A stretch of 64,000 bases of DNA from Promethearchaeia archaeon (GTDB lineage Archaea; Asgardarchaeota; Lokiarchaeia; Sigyniarchaeales; SOKP01): the NCBI GenBank assembly GCA_049671145.1, contig JBATUM010000185.1, positions 1,828-65,827 of the forward strand, written 5' to 3'. The number at the start of each line of letters is the position of its first letter. Positions within the stretch are counted from its first letter, which is position 1. This document shows positions 36,101-37,033 of the stretch, piece after piece. A program made the translations under genes and the position numbers. Under the pieces are notes generated by a model. The model was given only the letters and a program-made list of their open reading frames with translations. It had not been told where the DNA came from and made no database searches.

Positions 36101-36973
36101 TCACTTTTACAATTAGGTTTAATATCAATTGACAATAATTGGAATTTAGAATTTAAAGCCCCAAAAGATATAGGAACTCTAATAGATATTATTAGAAATC
36201 TTAATATTCATGCCAATTTTGAAATTAATTTGGATGGTGCGAATAATATAGAGAATGTGGCAAATCTAATACTTTCAATATTATTATCAGGGCACTATAA
36301 AACGTATACAATTGTTGACGAGACAGGAAAAGTAATAAAACAGAAACAAAAATATACTCATCCCGGAAGAGATTTCTTAGGTAATTTATTCGAAAATTAT
36401 CAAGTAGGTATTAAAAATCCTCTTTATCACATCAATATCAATGATATTTTTACAAAACAATTTATTTACACTCGACATTTTGTTAATTTCTTTAGATTGT
36501 CTCAATTATATGATGAAAAATTATTCTTTCAATTACCACCAGGTACTCAATTCACTAAAGCAAAAACCATTGGAATTGTTGAATCTGTGGGTGGTGAACG
36601 AATAATCGATGAAATTAATAATATTCGAGTAAAAGATAATAGACGTGTATTTTGGCTCGAATTAGGAAACCAATTTAGTGGATTTGAACATATTCTGTAT
36701 GACAGGAACATATTCGGTACATTTGAATTGAATAAAGAGAAAAATCCTTATGGGCATATGAGAGACTTTGCAGAGTGGGGTGGTTTTTATACTAGAGAGG
36801 ATATAGCGACATTAATTTTGAATACAATTAAAACACAAGAATACACAAGTAGTATAAATGAAAATGGAATAGAAGAGTTAAGATTCGAAGTAATGACAAA
36901 TTTTGGAATTATTAAGGAATTTGTTATCATAGTTGCGAGTAATGGATATATAATTTCTGCTTATCCGCAATAA
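101..36973 (+). CDS. Giant (12,290 aa) membrane-anchored surface/adhesin-like protein with a C-terminal toxin-like domain
   Basis: A single 36,873-nt reading frame is open in AT-rich DNA, while all other frames carry only short ORFs. Order of parts: soluble N-terminus, Lys/Arg-rich stretch, hydrophobic cluster, long N/S/T/Y/D-rich region with Ig-like, LamG-like and DxDxDG motifs, second hydrophobic cluster. The C-terminal region recurs as orphan copies downstream. Confidence 0.9.
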   Translation: MFEKKESDIKKSEKQRKKDIDDGLHKYGNYLYSKVYGAPETLLTDHEGKIGFYKSQTMFCPKTECPYHRVSDLSLNIDYNLEEFESEIDYQELIGHKIKQEVQNITPIEKEPVKTLRGQFQEFLKTYKISNVTPDEYFGIAMFFNKYYRKSESPDSQKWVLKKLKYTSDLCSVEEVEDTKQKSKPLPHSNVKLIGKYERYLESQKRSIRRSRYNKKVMKRRTKNLKSYKPIQIQEPSLKKEIYNRNVTRQQLHNVNKNRPFKEKQIPDPIYDRKSKIYYDSSLTENYCLKKVLEQSHVHELTHNYTDESLLRKEIEFFYLKDFLGFFLRNPNLQKSFHFKDSDEIVHFAKLIKGYCYDSFISNIVEKYLKESPLYRLISNISLLSSQIEKQIIPAFEDIISKSKKIRQIINYAEWTNLFTLSRNIEHIQNQLIQHQVKQKHHALLIGLLQQVNALCKDDQVLTHLRDVCRFIKVQVTSITPYIYSSIKLKNRKRAQLLLTHTPVSDLVSFVKRMIAYDIIMQRLEMKESLSLNNKDDKPVETTFSKIKNIFRKEKTQNNMRKKRLISRIKLPKSKKLHIKLNIFNKFRKKRRITKKIRKIRKLKESDYRTKHPDESLYKRIRRRSKEKFGKVRKRSILNLAGKGLASFGVILLCIYLIISLDNSFFPFHIFMGFLIFQVLIYGILLFFSIDRYVLSKSRLWYLILSPFIGFTLLWLCVKLGFSLGATLVIPIFMVVSQLLTRNRPHISVEELVRRSTSKIRHSTLRLFYHTHKFGFLTFLLTIVLIIFLYFYFFVPHLNYIPPMLATLVIFIFTFKSKSALKRVIREVRRKRAKVEESEIKANKCLLVLQDSNKRKALIVLVFLVLFPVSFIVNSAKTVHCPPVEFAYISQEDRLSSSSLDFETLEYQPDTTYLEDISIKDMFIMKSEISPEFAQSAAMRIQLIPEDVPYIEGYHIRDHYDFRSGYVNGPLEDYALITKVELNRFDILPGQYQMHVYYTELTGFSFATSTPEEYEITLEKDAMQVLSNERFEDLPVEYYGAVWTVENVVDNCWTIHFDGTLTNSIHEPLANYELDLFIEDHDTWQKVTTVTTDLEGKFSYEYTIYGSIEMNMMIKISHEGNGLYKPLEYIEYAGLEINTELGRFFIDEDGDGKIDWGLSLEDLLNALLGMSYAPPSSLDFLSHFSESSGTNTYDAVHNYQGILKGDTQWTVGKEGYGLYFDGEGTVSEGSETIGTTIYNAYANVSYQYSDTGWNSPQTTSSVDRSGSVNWSNPNNAQSQDDSYTSSNLEISGGSGVSSWHAESDSEQSITSSSYVEKHTLDFTAPAQGDYLIIVSCEVASTSTSYSVGVRVQLDDTTTIMEALTEACDSNRNYEYKCESTAYLAEDLGSGSHSIDIDAKREGGTSYIRYARIIVLRLDDWLSTTGMYAYTSTEGSTTPASNQWVDLETLTFTPDQAGDYLVLGSVEVKDYHTGYSAAVRLDYDNGSEYLPVIQGEESGQSYITYEAKDTTDYHAFVFGGIINITASQKSIKLQSYMAHTGFYREVRRRRIIAIRLDAMSSDTQSTENASNTSTTSQWADKSSLQFTPSSQQDYFIIGGMVIKPDRTWKPSHGELTHTTGTGTGTISLANVDSKDHDNPADCFPLIGIAIKQLNAEQQVFKTRYGYAGSSGTTYGKGSFIIAVPLGGGGGGGSAESDNLRCTNFGFNIPTGATIEGIEVGMDRYATNITENSIRDDSIRLRKTSGPVGTDNATTDWWDTMDDDTYNTYGGSTNLWGTSWTPADINSINFGIDIAAENIGSTNTAYIDHVRVKIYYTKQDSGIIRPDGDVSAQWEASSDGNHYSLINEETLNTSDYIYTSSNTTGSVIDEFTMETLNIQSGTVTEITVKVYGNETSIDSTVNVYCGSWIGAKQLNMESGQTWYTYTWSGLNLSQSDLDGLKIKFESVQPPSEGSTTYDYVDFGDILDSALGTTNNEFVITGWVYPTVLTSNQSDNGIKNCFFSKEGILEIGINESGYLQLYINTSSIEATAIYGFQNAISTNKWIYIAIRYNNGNIDVLIGDTWCTSALGSTAEPWSGGGNLQSGGKFTIGAETTSYSCFTGKIDEVSVFNTSLTNAEIEEHSFQITATVAKEDGQGGWTLITTNGEVIEGYLNFQCAVAGREADTVEYYLSNEVPDMESPDTNDWYFLTSYSYDSSSYNFVYNSWDLPDNDSWYFIIKATDVYNDTVYTYYETYFGIDHFDELINFTYLDKDGRINQNSQIGVIPYEGCEGYISQLNLYVNYSNDIDYLTTVNYSDLYSNYWLFNLDSLSDWISQKGLTPDNYDINFLIEANLSYSVGEAFYLYNYTLETITLDIEPPELELLTSGNYSFDLEDTYDIIEDNVLTMATNSSDAYFDRVILEYKYTTPSTAGWIEYGEYLADNTSLADVSFDIINLRDDNITIRFIGYDDLDNSKILYSSDYWFIKNFNNHEEFVVEGLEATALYGLDDTDKIDLELKILPVDNDITEVIVRTNYEEFKLDNIISEQEHIYFTDDGSSDPDIKLNSVFYNVFGAKFTFIPVKVILYQGTDIVNSKEVVITVISAVFNDTVQMSNLEINVSSTTDNIYMSFVNETNAYNNSHSIPFVVRNQYPVVNVYNSLNELVESIPLYANNDSWGSKVYDTETIEISSNKFNVSLPTPPSGEVCSIDEVLLNGSAYPFSYFISMNTGQVYITLLSGNDLDGIYNSSNPISIIYGVSTSPHPTEQFVGSFDFSNLHQDNYTFIGKFYDISGEVSTYSISQPTIIDFDGPEIYQQFMQETAVNPETGTISFVIEDFSGVSHYYFNTTIEGYWDIAGDIYTFYFNDTSISEGTTHIILSCNDTLGYESQQTFVLFLDKTTPSFDGVESSTDVWNGLFEIYANISDNSGYTVDIELLHISSNTISSSFEHTYIEIAPDQWQILLDSTRLQSGYYNISIIATDAAENIQTYVIDNVYFDNTISVIEELKEEVFIDSESMYNNTIHDELYFSDEKYITFTAFDEMFDNFNWSSIDQAVYEQLGVKNVTFYYTSQLAWYPLQIYGTLDYETFVYKITGYDDPLNTNVQNIKSIQKLRIANITVDKFTVLLDGTSISIRIDEQYRYLLSSEYSDQIEAQFYEFVDDNVLLAFDQVSEKWKLKSTGENYFNISQYLTLNEGDEFLFWFEIEDGLGNLIHSHKYHGVYDNSMTKDGSDSFFKWSLGTNSTGAGIVLFGSDTYADSTIQLNSSSIENTIFDESDVQRIYIYGSSDQSTWEFIGRAYYSGEESIWNYYWDGDIMEQLPPDHYNLRVYLFDRAGNYLSETHVIRTFDYTQIALITDLIFGEIFDYNSTANSNEQELKGIIENYLSGSSTSLWDVIAEYYNPNTKEWIPLATDPATIVANGNSANYTITWDINQDTAFMDTMYNLTYNYLPLQIASPTQQSLWGSWGTFGIASEWQPIIISEVSSNLDISVYKFNSTTGWELDTSLSSEATISSIEGQVFKLFDINKDGVYEIIRVSSSKIDVIYLDGSSDWTIKEDVTGLSGYEYSAFDIEYDGTSSNSVMVITQKDSSQLLSLWYYRFDSEFNLTKVESVECPINFEPYAIKIENYFSGSDRKAILVGGLISNSYISQVFEYDFNLNLKYVIADEIIGKVSVIEYDQINGIDSIILGVERLAIGKMDAVITLKRTTGTEEWVEFELSGFDDLKFQIIDLITIQENNMKHLIISSKTGLFQTRIITLQDKTSITSPICFISETYAKGELSPTNYPVVTPNNLPIYNIQKASYKTSGSNQWQTLNPEKYRYSRNEIRLDLQSIWSSLTYIKIAYSFESFVAEARSSVDPSFQSYSGTSDTQSVSASGMFFNDFSLPFAWLNPTSNYYAPNAHWNTLPNSLTYQYTPVISGLGNKVVYPTIKSDWAENWGSEYLNMPELENSLIYYGDGYDTGQLTQYLNSKDPDLADTMYLNNYVDGMYISNPYISENYNFSDMYYSDIHNINNQNGLYNYYDGSQKVIARNSLEDCQVYGSSNSKVFEEETFPTKGEDHYLHSVTYIYGSPSSGSIANTKRDDSNYFEMKSQFFHDPYGDDYQEFNVDLNIDGGYGGDDYYVSVRVTAPISVRLIINGVYAQGTSIDVNLDYIGDITQIKLTAGRPASQGQFKVKLYYFKVAKSLSADSPLYQNPSAQEAEYVLANRSQYLATDTSDFAVFGLGFTYKLPVIDRDGIEGIHIMFDAAISAVTADKHYPLSIQLWNYEQNRWESINVSKLDSSDTYDDNYLDKDFWAWDPGASSYKDDKFRSSWLTQDDTSINTICFGDCVPHSIDASGYIDFDSSVENGGNLFNTSKTGYSRNNEYISHYRVLFNNTAYANKLQANSLVIDPNNFFTSTSTFPAYTDSSLFYSANFYTDFLNDLHEFKVRIVTEKESGQGTNINAYLCIGDCNTYVHTDSSYLNYDEFESNALDGRHISDDLEFTDQGMKLYGYSGFNLKGVPEVQKFRDAFNSYQWQFEGTDDSTIYFTKDILQGTVVRSLHPSTNYDTNNFTSYRRQDAVIDYPFYKSALKGNYKAGSLLSIETNNGIYLSYTSEKDTYHEAEVKIYNYFDQMSGNAAKTYTIYYDIESEGTVDFMSLYNEDETIAQWDGGELSGMDRVEDPSTYNLYVYARSNSNFTLNIDQLVVETTPEEWETFMELDTLEEYLTFGSNDKFNLTVSRDSYLYIPTPSPIAKLYSTYLFDEDTITWNNKPADRGLITQNTLPQSSTSEIFDLGTIHPTKQYIKVDISATGGFNFWSPIVNYQFAKSYQEGGMLYMQTNTTEFLTLKSPVYAKNTTMTLNDHIVVECKTTSSNQINLALLSGDVVVKNYTLIPQNNTDFTSQFIALDTNSTIKFDQIIISGQLDEAEYFIANSITVFEGESIVDVKLSAYDFTIKKNQWPNVLPEGAKDQELSDPIYGQEKDGLYYNLSSGTFIDYQQLIVEFEFPLSAEEITNAHKVQVRLNGYAQGASLDDAIFKYFNFDNGNEEEISYVKNNGEYRFSIPKSDFATLKYDNDNYYVNFKMILTNTSMGPDDEFTLHIDSIDAIVFKDWSVDHDLYRVSYVFKRLGDSQTGGNVTLAVNDDILLTIDDNDLYTSGYENVVNFYYDTQTQEWSAFINEDPEDKTNATDTELSLKLRVESHYNNVNHGILLKSVDHHFYKKIENSLNFEEYKSILYSYENRLGNAESVIIGNSSDLITPENLFTQVCADIDVIYSFHDEMVPDNILSYSLNPTLESTYQDTLAAFNYTETGFIPKSSTSSEIEVYNDEKIAVENTTSHTQNGLPYRCSGFFDDQYLSNNTLRFTIKNSIQTPLFGRSNETLYANLKLTDVDLEFNVIISPTYTGFPLENTNVEGNDETVYNPSVLCNYSAYSQSRFRNSAIDDVQIPLISPIELDFSSINLDDFGTANLELALGLDIFRNNILYNRSWSLRFRLLYYNYSSDSWVDFQGMLRVKNNGVDKAVWNPDSTDNFIDYLQDPNANNFIPIYNENNIVIKNPITINNINTDTIQGGIMKLMFISYILPGNFSGDGNNNYFFYERADPDVPIEISQSLTIQECIMIGESKQIMYPEPSLKATLGLDENFRANLSLIENLGDIIAIRGLYEDGDGILYQYPIDYYWTTSGNELAFNSPMKYLFTNVSIEYVPQASLSYNATDGLWYLPNLITINGKNYTQPFFVSNLYVNDTLYGTYVHPSVDVGYVLGFDDKNVYANFSTPIHPDSNVYGAIYFGKVDSKYLYQIKLKDELLYKYNVLNDEDDLIGGIIKLGLNVGFTNVIYSELSQVSCSDYLLDITLYSLSENNDEELEREKIGTIHIDLDKNWVGYHYYDLEINLDQCEFVNESKGIKRLAEALTRGSAADLYIEVESVITNCFVNGPLFKGLYAQDIISAEFEIESDTSEIQYNGAEVDNAYIEIPQKSIMLTKIGTNIYKFGNLKYNFGFVVDELRAEGSVVLAENTHYEFDAGSRTITLIGDDYKGYSGLLSADITYYAFKWNAGQVSTLDPITLTFTQDYVQNITKFMEFIIQYDTIPGIDIEKIDFISGRIVLSDEEKSSALLNIYLYNFVEDKWELTPFVPYDDYSGSLIYSYVADRNFVVFEDYFNQTGSDTFEIKAIFTVEQESGECFASKIGFGITSIGAKLYYNTPSVQHKLNPAVEFDIDITDYITDPNIYLEELTVDLMYEAEIEFDAAFIYSQYALLEENFNFYIRNNYLEFDEFELNHNSITLSREEVYCFLYHDIVNEKYYLRAKLEYDWNCILEINLGSSSKLEIISELTLLKYDLTVDYTYYETTRISANEITVPHEIVPIYAPNYIETQSGINNLADDEELDLGIFGGFLRNVDTRQRLMIRQKLLYNFTESQQDWTQIILDHEYTDSTLRFVVPYGYMEIPETYIINSTYFGFIADHEVVHVELYYKDGQTDTKVANMTQNEEEPTLFKYTWNDVKGDTGASTNDTIEVMFNVTDILGNNAKYRYNLTADFDPPTPTIELGDGVQDFESANTATPLTEIDFICGEQSSCTEEYRIVDLVSGFVSSWNEINHSEISILHDLGDLSANFSIEYRVIDIAGNENITSIYNGNYQYIQFSKEKSITLNDDTIDLNSYTNREISFADGNEFNHSSQLDVFINGFRYGTAYLDSGYYKLSFGNENSEKTLIGYSESLISNNIFSNINPLDHVSWEVREDEYFAVVKHVLLNDNIEIYNYLSFNTTAQFELDHLYDRGFSLHDFMYLNRVYYYNETDGNVYTLISELDYSITENGFVEFPENSTIYDLYQNSDVQDGVVYFNYCYSPYQEQLLLTNADGFFVNVSIPDVYYHHTTIQKLVVSFNDIDGNTFTKIYYDLDLRKYFMEDVKAQYENYMFKLGKMMSIPLYIDFSDIALSNPGKNFALHLLESISFRITDSEKWPGSYIQNFSDYTVMNLPYQRFAITDLKLYNLISDTIDADEQGYVTANITFTAPEYYGFYAEEEFKIKRLDIVFTDVKAYVYHEEILDGSTVAIEYSDQIILNYRWNNTFSPVIMDDVVNLPITLENASNGDILGFSVANWITKLDMDSESGYYTRYYYSQFLAPSLLGEFNISFGSLGTPIFNMTFISPPIFILNITQETLSATEPIYLADDMYELKYGETLLLDGCIADNDEYLIEDEVYEYKYEEAVDGKTTHALKILSPFGDDEFIDKEEFSIYFINDKLNVKCLYSTLNGLHFVNTSYLDGKREPTISYVDNSFILNINWYKKSDHFIEYDTLLLISYKVLKGKPISPTSFSSLDSYGNDMQQNLIEIPFAKYDILSRSWITEDDFEKQLFVDKQLLYKDVESTQATIQGPQYDEGSLIQTGIIDIHAVYVNKSYSDKFCHVAPTEYTWSINANGELVVEDLNYSSGDVFKVIYYAVEPVALSHSVANPQYQISHITVTNDTGYSYEFVEGNDYKVSEDGYTLYFLDLYNEFLKNNVFTIYDYFNITYHAPLSRKVDLSQNVLLMLQDTEGNDIPIDNIPIDSLGFFQYKKQLKVDSDLSLPLGGGKQLVHLTLKYLPLSVYNKSADQSITIDYEDQNVGKFYPYVESNAWAKPFTVITIPHRVKLKMVEDPTQDMVITQEFYEEREYKFNYNPVEALENGEEYTKIMIDALAKEEYQFTFRLSDFDDKPIENSVVWLHIGLMPKSKTGFLNERAVIDEYNIHPYFESLGTEEFTSRGPGIGTNKMFGRPLTYELNYYNTNYSAYGPYVWLYGITNAHGEVIFDVSFDNDFIEDFTDIFGLMEGFSSVEDIVLYIRAFSTDFDWDEFTIDSPDQYLCSKDGDVYNGITEEHYSYICSINNTISYNLALQDSTYVEGLIHLYKNHIALGVHDHVSYDLPDAKVRSRYDPLKLHLDVTEADPIPTTEMYTLQSLTKLHASSELEPSGNPILSDDYTYYAYVNFITPSGSVAESTYRAILDGGNNGYITFDNQTIKDILIDLGPGISTIQIQVAESEYYQASPVVMVPLEIKPANWTKFGEKNLEIDLIDPFINAYGNAFDNDNYIPFESNYPHLIGTLWIDPDYLGTGDNRSAKERSALDCMELNLIFNPDNTDPIPLRKGVMLSPGNQDGIMLFDIGFGPEDSFLMDISGVLNFSFSIEDTKYGIYEDNRTFEAYLLDLRLEENPSCSTPTTLWSVYENGFDTSGVDHLSVKVIDPSIISTETGSLSLGGFENGVNYGFEIEFEYDPEVEEYAIDAQSELLSLFCLESITSLEIINETGQEVTGWSQYYPSPSNLREQSAIKFGSSTPKNYTKFIIIYKFEFEFGTNNYVNMIFGPSNNMNKTSILFYFEDGFLPPSEDSKSFMFIRYNQTIAGTGASSYKLDYSIYGATSGDEDKFIIYNEQELEEELNKEVSLSINGVDHHAYIEFNETIGSGTSFNVIYGVSSQYMLGYGFQKEDKSYSDSVRLMYNNNSAASIIDSSSNTVGTVVLDDPSLYISLDNSPNETVLEFYNVPMLYAPEIIMTFKLDPMNTKLINENYQNEENTLKIKFYYVAQGGYGSYYTDALEIPLNYTKIQSDLINDIYTLQYSKDLQGIYEAFGVGSLDIYISISQTGNNSNYIPYIILEQFDYLCDEHLVEMYARMPLTKEGEMDVEAIINTPHYFQVFSQPFIDCEWGESPFDLMNGSEITVALEDLIHSSLVSLDVEDGNYGFTYLGTMETLPINSENYYMIPNLGVFTDAYSVDEVTYNEGFLNLFYGAGAQVSGEYEYYNRHYMVHESSPVDDYYSVIGSGVPTSWEDMFNITNQFLTTQEIDVSGTVLYHQLFDLTTDTIDMGDLEDVLGNITNAYFALQLPDEVSIAHIRAIGTPYEYDLSVQGFPVGDYVDGTYCKVKTSGTTQAFDTRIIDLDLLNASTDFDLKFATNGSKYIVFYKPTSFVQNLAENDMIMVDFWAYYTFAEGFDYEIEEDPINPYVSIIDWDYNIESLQSYTMHPDFANGSSFSIEFSALDWNSINNQYIYDGEDEFTFHPSISTNITVPYYGDATEDFSLLNIVPEEQWNDTEIFYYVYVYIWDGENESSTELYELREAFYNGYITQDENCSFYFTLNFTAMEDYIKIMEGNNYEIISDTYAFVQVSFISDQLKYPLSHTPFNYDYVGTEHTSYHIKLTISNNDPIYSYQTSEFSKYVLKIEDNYIHFQNRNYSEEGYIANKTNIKIEYKFKLQPGLLEQKHVLMTIYPWSNTFDSIFDGLTAADGSMMSYREKYRKLSGGSIISPFEYSLSINETYSLLLSYRLNQREYFEEHFEIDHRTGENEFYYMQEGLDLYVSELVEDGIPAVYVYYHDEEGRLNFLDRESYLVDTNIHKLTILSDSNPIITYIKDFYVSFLVTPHDFISTGYKFTYNPSIKNITETLTLTSWNVLNGESFDVYPNFDAYYYLNEDTLTPTFCESFATQIGAVLEEEERLVLNFTDALDSQMLTDIRDGKYLSLYINTAFSNYESLDHITIELNDTSGIMSEFTQVYTRSDLEYWDFKIKVRLPSTANTLQNMTIIPEFRSDDEYSPNNSLGVPRFDMIEWDSQALVEDINGQYMLHNLEYPLYTDESSLDLAYLFTDKLEYLGLPTGIAFNWSIEKDALGKDISILHIPSIYVDPITSVNCTFEDGDTIFLRYNSPVEKEIGIGIESMYFHKEPYGYDSLSTLAECMLINASSSESFVEFIAPYSYNFSLSLTPFDTEYMGSYKNIEIEFNVSSLAQFADGDGYVDFSDLVFSVPNPAYELTIQEVALIEHSLAPSEYVDEFYSRIWQYTELEEFTSSADPESDQYHLLLEEGPIFYYDADEGKWLEHLKIYDENYNYYSACVQGDADAKNYQLLYDSTSGNFTWNNNFDKTQEYWGMEIELPSIIDANTSFYFEYCTNSSWVHPITLYYTHIDFDSVDIIYNYEYLLTPRFEEWYGEIVENSNYDYELVQYYGETFTVYTDESVYSHIFNVEYSFTKDFVNMSLYKIVGMYANYTELMIEDDDVNFDITFDVEDKNVTITDLNSGDGLLNVFDSITIFLNYSFGPISMLTEVYLSDEFNQTYLTDMEETFYDYVSCSFSYHANSPNYLFAEPYQYIISGSSSFSPINFSRNEDLTTGYHLESYDTTTLYTKFEIFEDPFNVIYEADIDSNGEVDYKQEVDVDKDGKVDITRYGVEDPEYAGQIIWYRVIQEFESTERTIELFENPEKRTEWFDLDESHVGTLLDAEYREGVLEMFGIDSLEGFPLWNPTYWNMWCQRSTKQSSSKEQVVTTKFYSIRSDENRDGYAETQVNYLKTIATTYTNLTTIEETYVAGQTTCITSHKLDYSKMSAIFSIVTVEHLESGEFPDKFKKFTGIIEQLKESFTKYVRTTCVYYKDTQISEQIKYIEFEEGEIKETRVYSDNFVDEFSAFDCESTIQTLTITINDTEQAQEVVSPAAFIAEISTLNWTTPTWGIDDVPLKFDSLTTISSEGDIVAENYYERTIIISVPSIYSLYHEYLSDERAGMLPVATSNTLFSVKGVFITPPDGQVFYSSDKLDYLSGRLVEDGDGSGGFSVKAKTEGHYLYYDSDGNGYYETIFILYPDHVGDGIYTVMSVGFNYDGRQVFDPYEVLDYEILQGNVKSETEQSAKVVGAVCHRTLLAQIDEVYPNDFDGVIAKDHIFEIIKLVRRGDINKYWPELYYEVYHDQYARSWELYSQGFQDDLWDQTRNQLIAGIVGGSLGIFNVALGGLAYAFIYWGYSMMESEEKKQLAENHMRSATFYSIETERKDPIKVSQKHPADGPEDMWENINGHPSAFYTEVSGGEPGNLYTGQAVIIPPRSFSTWSESMYHVNPHDYPDLAIGYLNLDYFFLSSELSAYNDRPHYSFYFDNLGNMDDLSEVFSALSELGARPTDPSSFFAKALLYHQYRHNTLAYLEDHVEVISDKEFNAIRPICINGRPRYEFINANDELNQLTLPRSPLYQPIVVDQERYDALVEEFGVPIGVISVEVASDLLEEDYTLGISSSDMNLAERESYNAKIPLTATKFDYPITKVTIEGFSPTYGPYGLLVVDEEPLFEVELDTYDYKLIGGNLYFLQSINTIAAQKDPDFNNKISTIQSMDREFYYRVNIFFNTIVPYDSSRVYDDEFTQSSRPAQVLYEYVDTEADDLGKLALAQLISLSIGNYLEVFTLATATAEYHTEQRYTTDITLQSTLITSLALAPMTIANLYGSFSSSVLAELSEEAGEEITKLTTQQALICLAKASAVVLASIPTSVLKEVYEELYIDTWIEHTTDRIVTALGGDEGAASWWSTFICSFREAFLGWFSDVNIGSGADSQVTTETTQTTGTPTYADMGLNAAWDLIQNTEQALQNIEVAIQQGRKVASKGILSSLVDTDSILALLLSIPGLIVGGFGLGALSLLGSASMDMIHAQIQKNVARKWVSAYESIQENMQQSLDGLIEQEIARPKIKTLDLEVFNYPTVGYTPEIGRQLTQNYLTPAQIIDQTNTLIADTEKTLAEIESRYEIQKENIEQQLEVLKEMVNSESVSNENPFEIFVAEAAVKADPVYEVNGMRIWIQPLPAEHYNLDHDMTLNEFLALIDILNDPSKQAVFNGFILQHGTEILTAQGIIRLDGNMPLSQALDLIGYDRNNLEDQFNRLAPCIQIIDTTTLLQLQDDISNLFNPDAREAIFYRNSISDYQRSYFYYKFLKVYQIQQSEIKNTFNKPIYEVIYSRLVNSLPTDIEFTLEAWKQEVDDKAKQEGKITDEFRYIVDLCLKEVILLNLIELSGANEIDINEIFNSLDNYLENNLDALIEKLSDPKNFALLLAEVKNKIIDNLAQDDLSVFLALTHRYFDSINPNPSQLNLLDEQFQNILILKDLSTIAEDNNVRNEINFLSDFIYRLLNIYSETAILEGLNDLPVPGDKREGNDFINKFLNMQGPNSEIQYSINHLRNMFTALGLNNDLLKEMLLDQKSFFRVLRQKIQQASQNQDLDQEVRNIFNNIETNLGDLDFNGNDGFTSDEEMLLKILDEELNNLFGYVGYSLLQLGLISIDNNWNLEFKAPKDIGTLIDIIRNLNIHANFEINLDGANNIENVANLILSILLSGHYKTYTIVDETGKVIKQKQKYTHPGRDFLGNLFENYQVGIKNPLYHININDIFTKQFIYTRHFVNFFRLSQLYDEKLFFQLPPGTQFTKAKTIGIVESVGGERIIDEINNIRVKDNRRVFWLELGNQFSGFEHILYDRNIFGTFELNKEKNPYGHMRDFAEWGGFYTREDIATLILNTIKTQEYTSSINENGIEELRFEVMTNFGIIKEFVIIVASNGYIISAYPQ
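2030..2725 (+). other. Cluster of about 6-7 predicted transmembrane helices (N-terminal anchor of the giant protein)
   Basis: Hydrophobic runs include LASFGVILLCIYLIISL, FHIFMGFLIFQVLIYGILLFFSI, LWYLILSPFIGFTLLWLCV, LGATLVIPIFMVVSQLL, FGFLTFLLTIVLIIFLYFYFFV, MLATLVIFIFTF and ALIVLVFLVLFPVSFIV. A K/R-rich stretch (about 1780-2010) precedes them. Confidence 0.7.
4051..5150 (+). repeat. Three tandem protein repeats of about 120-130 aa inside the giant ORF
   Basis: The units start HTLDFTAPAQGDYLIIVSCEV, ETLTFTPDQAGDYLVLGSVEV and SSLQFTPSSQQDYFIIGGMVI. They end RIIVLRLDDW, RIIAIRLDAM and SFIIAVPLGGGGGGG. Confidence 0.7.
5969..6465 (+). other. LamG / concanavalin-A-like lectin domain (main part)
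   Basis: The sequence ...NEFVITGWVYP...WIYIAIRYNNGNIDVLIGD...GGKFTIGAE...FTGKIDEVSVFNTSLTNAEIEEH matches the Laminin_G_3-type pattern (hydrophobic core strands, then F-x-G-x-I-D-E-V-x-h-h-N-x-x-L). Confidence 0.6.
10480..11300 (+). other. Possible FG-GAP/VCBS-like beta-propeller region
   Basis: Blades of about 50-60 aa recur, with motifs such as FDINKDGVYEIIRV, FDIEYDGTSSNSVMVIT, KAILVGG and DSIILGV. Judged by eye only. Confidence 0.3.
14160..14420 (+). other. Possible DNRLRE/CBM-like module
   Basis: DKFNLTVSRDSYLYI...LFDEDTITWNNKPA resembles the TWNNxP signature of DNRLRE-type carbohydrate-binding modules. Confidence 0.3.
30470..30539 (+). other. Two adjacent DxDxDG-type calcium-binding loops
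   Basis: DIDSNGEVD and DVDKDGKVD lie 8 aa apart. Similar loops occur at about 3540 (DEDGDGKID), 10600 (DINKDGVYE) and 31735 (DSDGNGYYE). Confidence 0.5.
32520..34290 (+). other. Conserved pre-toxin module shared with the orphan ORF at 41867
   Basis: The two copies are collinear. Giant gene: LNLDYFFLSSELSAYNDRPHYS, FNAIRPICINGRPRYEF, LYQPIVVDQERY, YNAKIPLTATKFDYPITKV. Orphan: LNLDYFLMTSELPAYNFRPGYS, FDTIRPVCKDGRPQYEF, LYQPIVLDQYRF, YKAKIPLFQHEFDYPVQNV. Both continue into matching hydrophobic segments. Confidence 0.8.
36482..36970 (+). other. C-terminal cassette CT1 (putative toxin domain plus junction)
   Basis: From VNFFR onward it is collinear with orphan CT2. CT1 reads VNFFRLSQ...AKTIG...RVFWLELGNQFSGFEHILYD...ASNGYIISAYPQ. 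CT2 reads VNFFRSSH...AKTIG...RVTWLELGNQFGGMEHILYD...SSNGYIINAHPW. Confidence 0.6.
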
Positions 36974-37033
36974 AATTTTATTATAATTATAATTTTGTAT
37001 TATTAAAAACATGAAAAAATAGGAGCGAAATAA

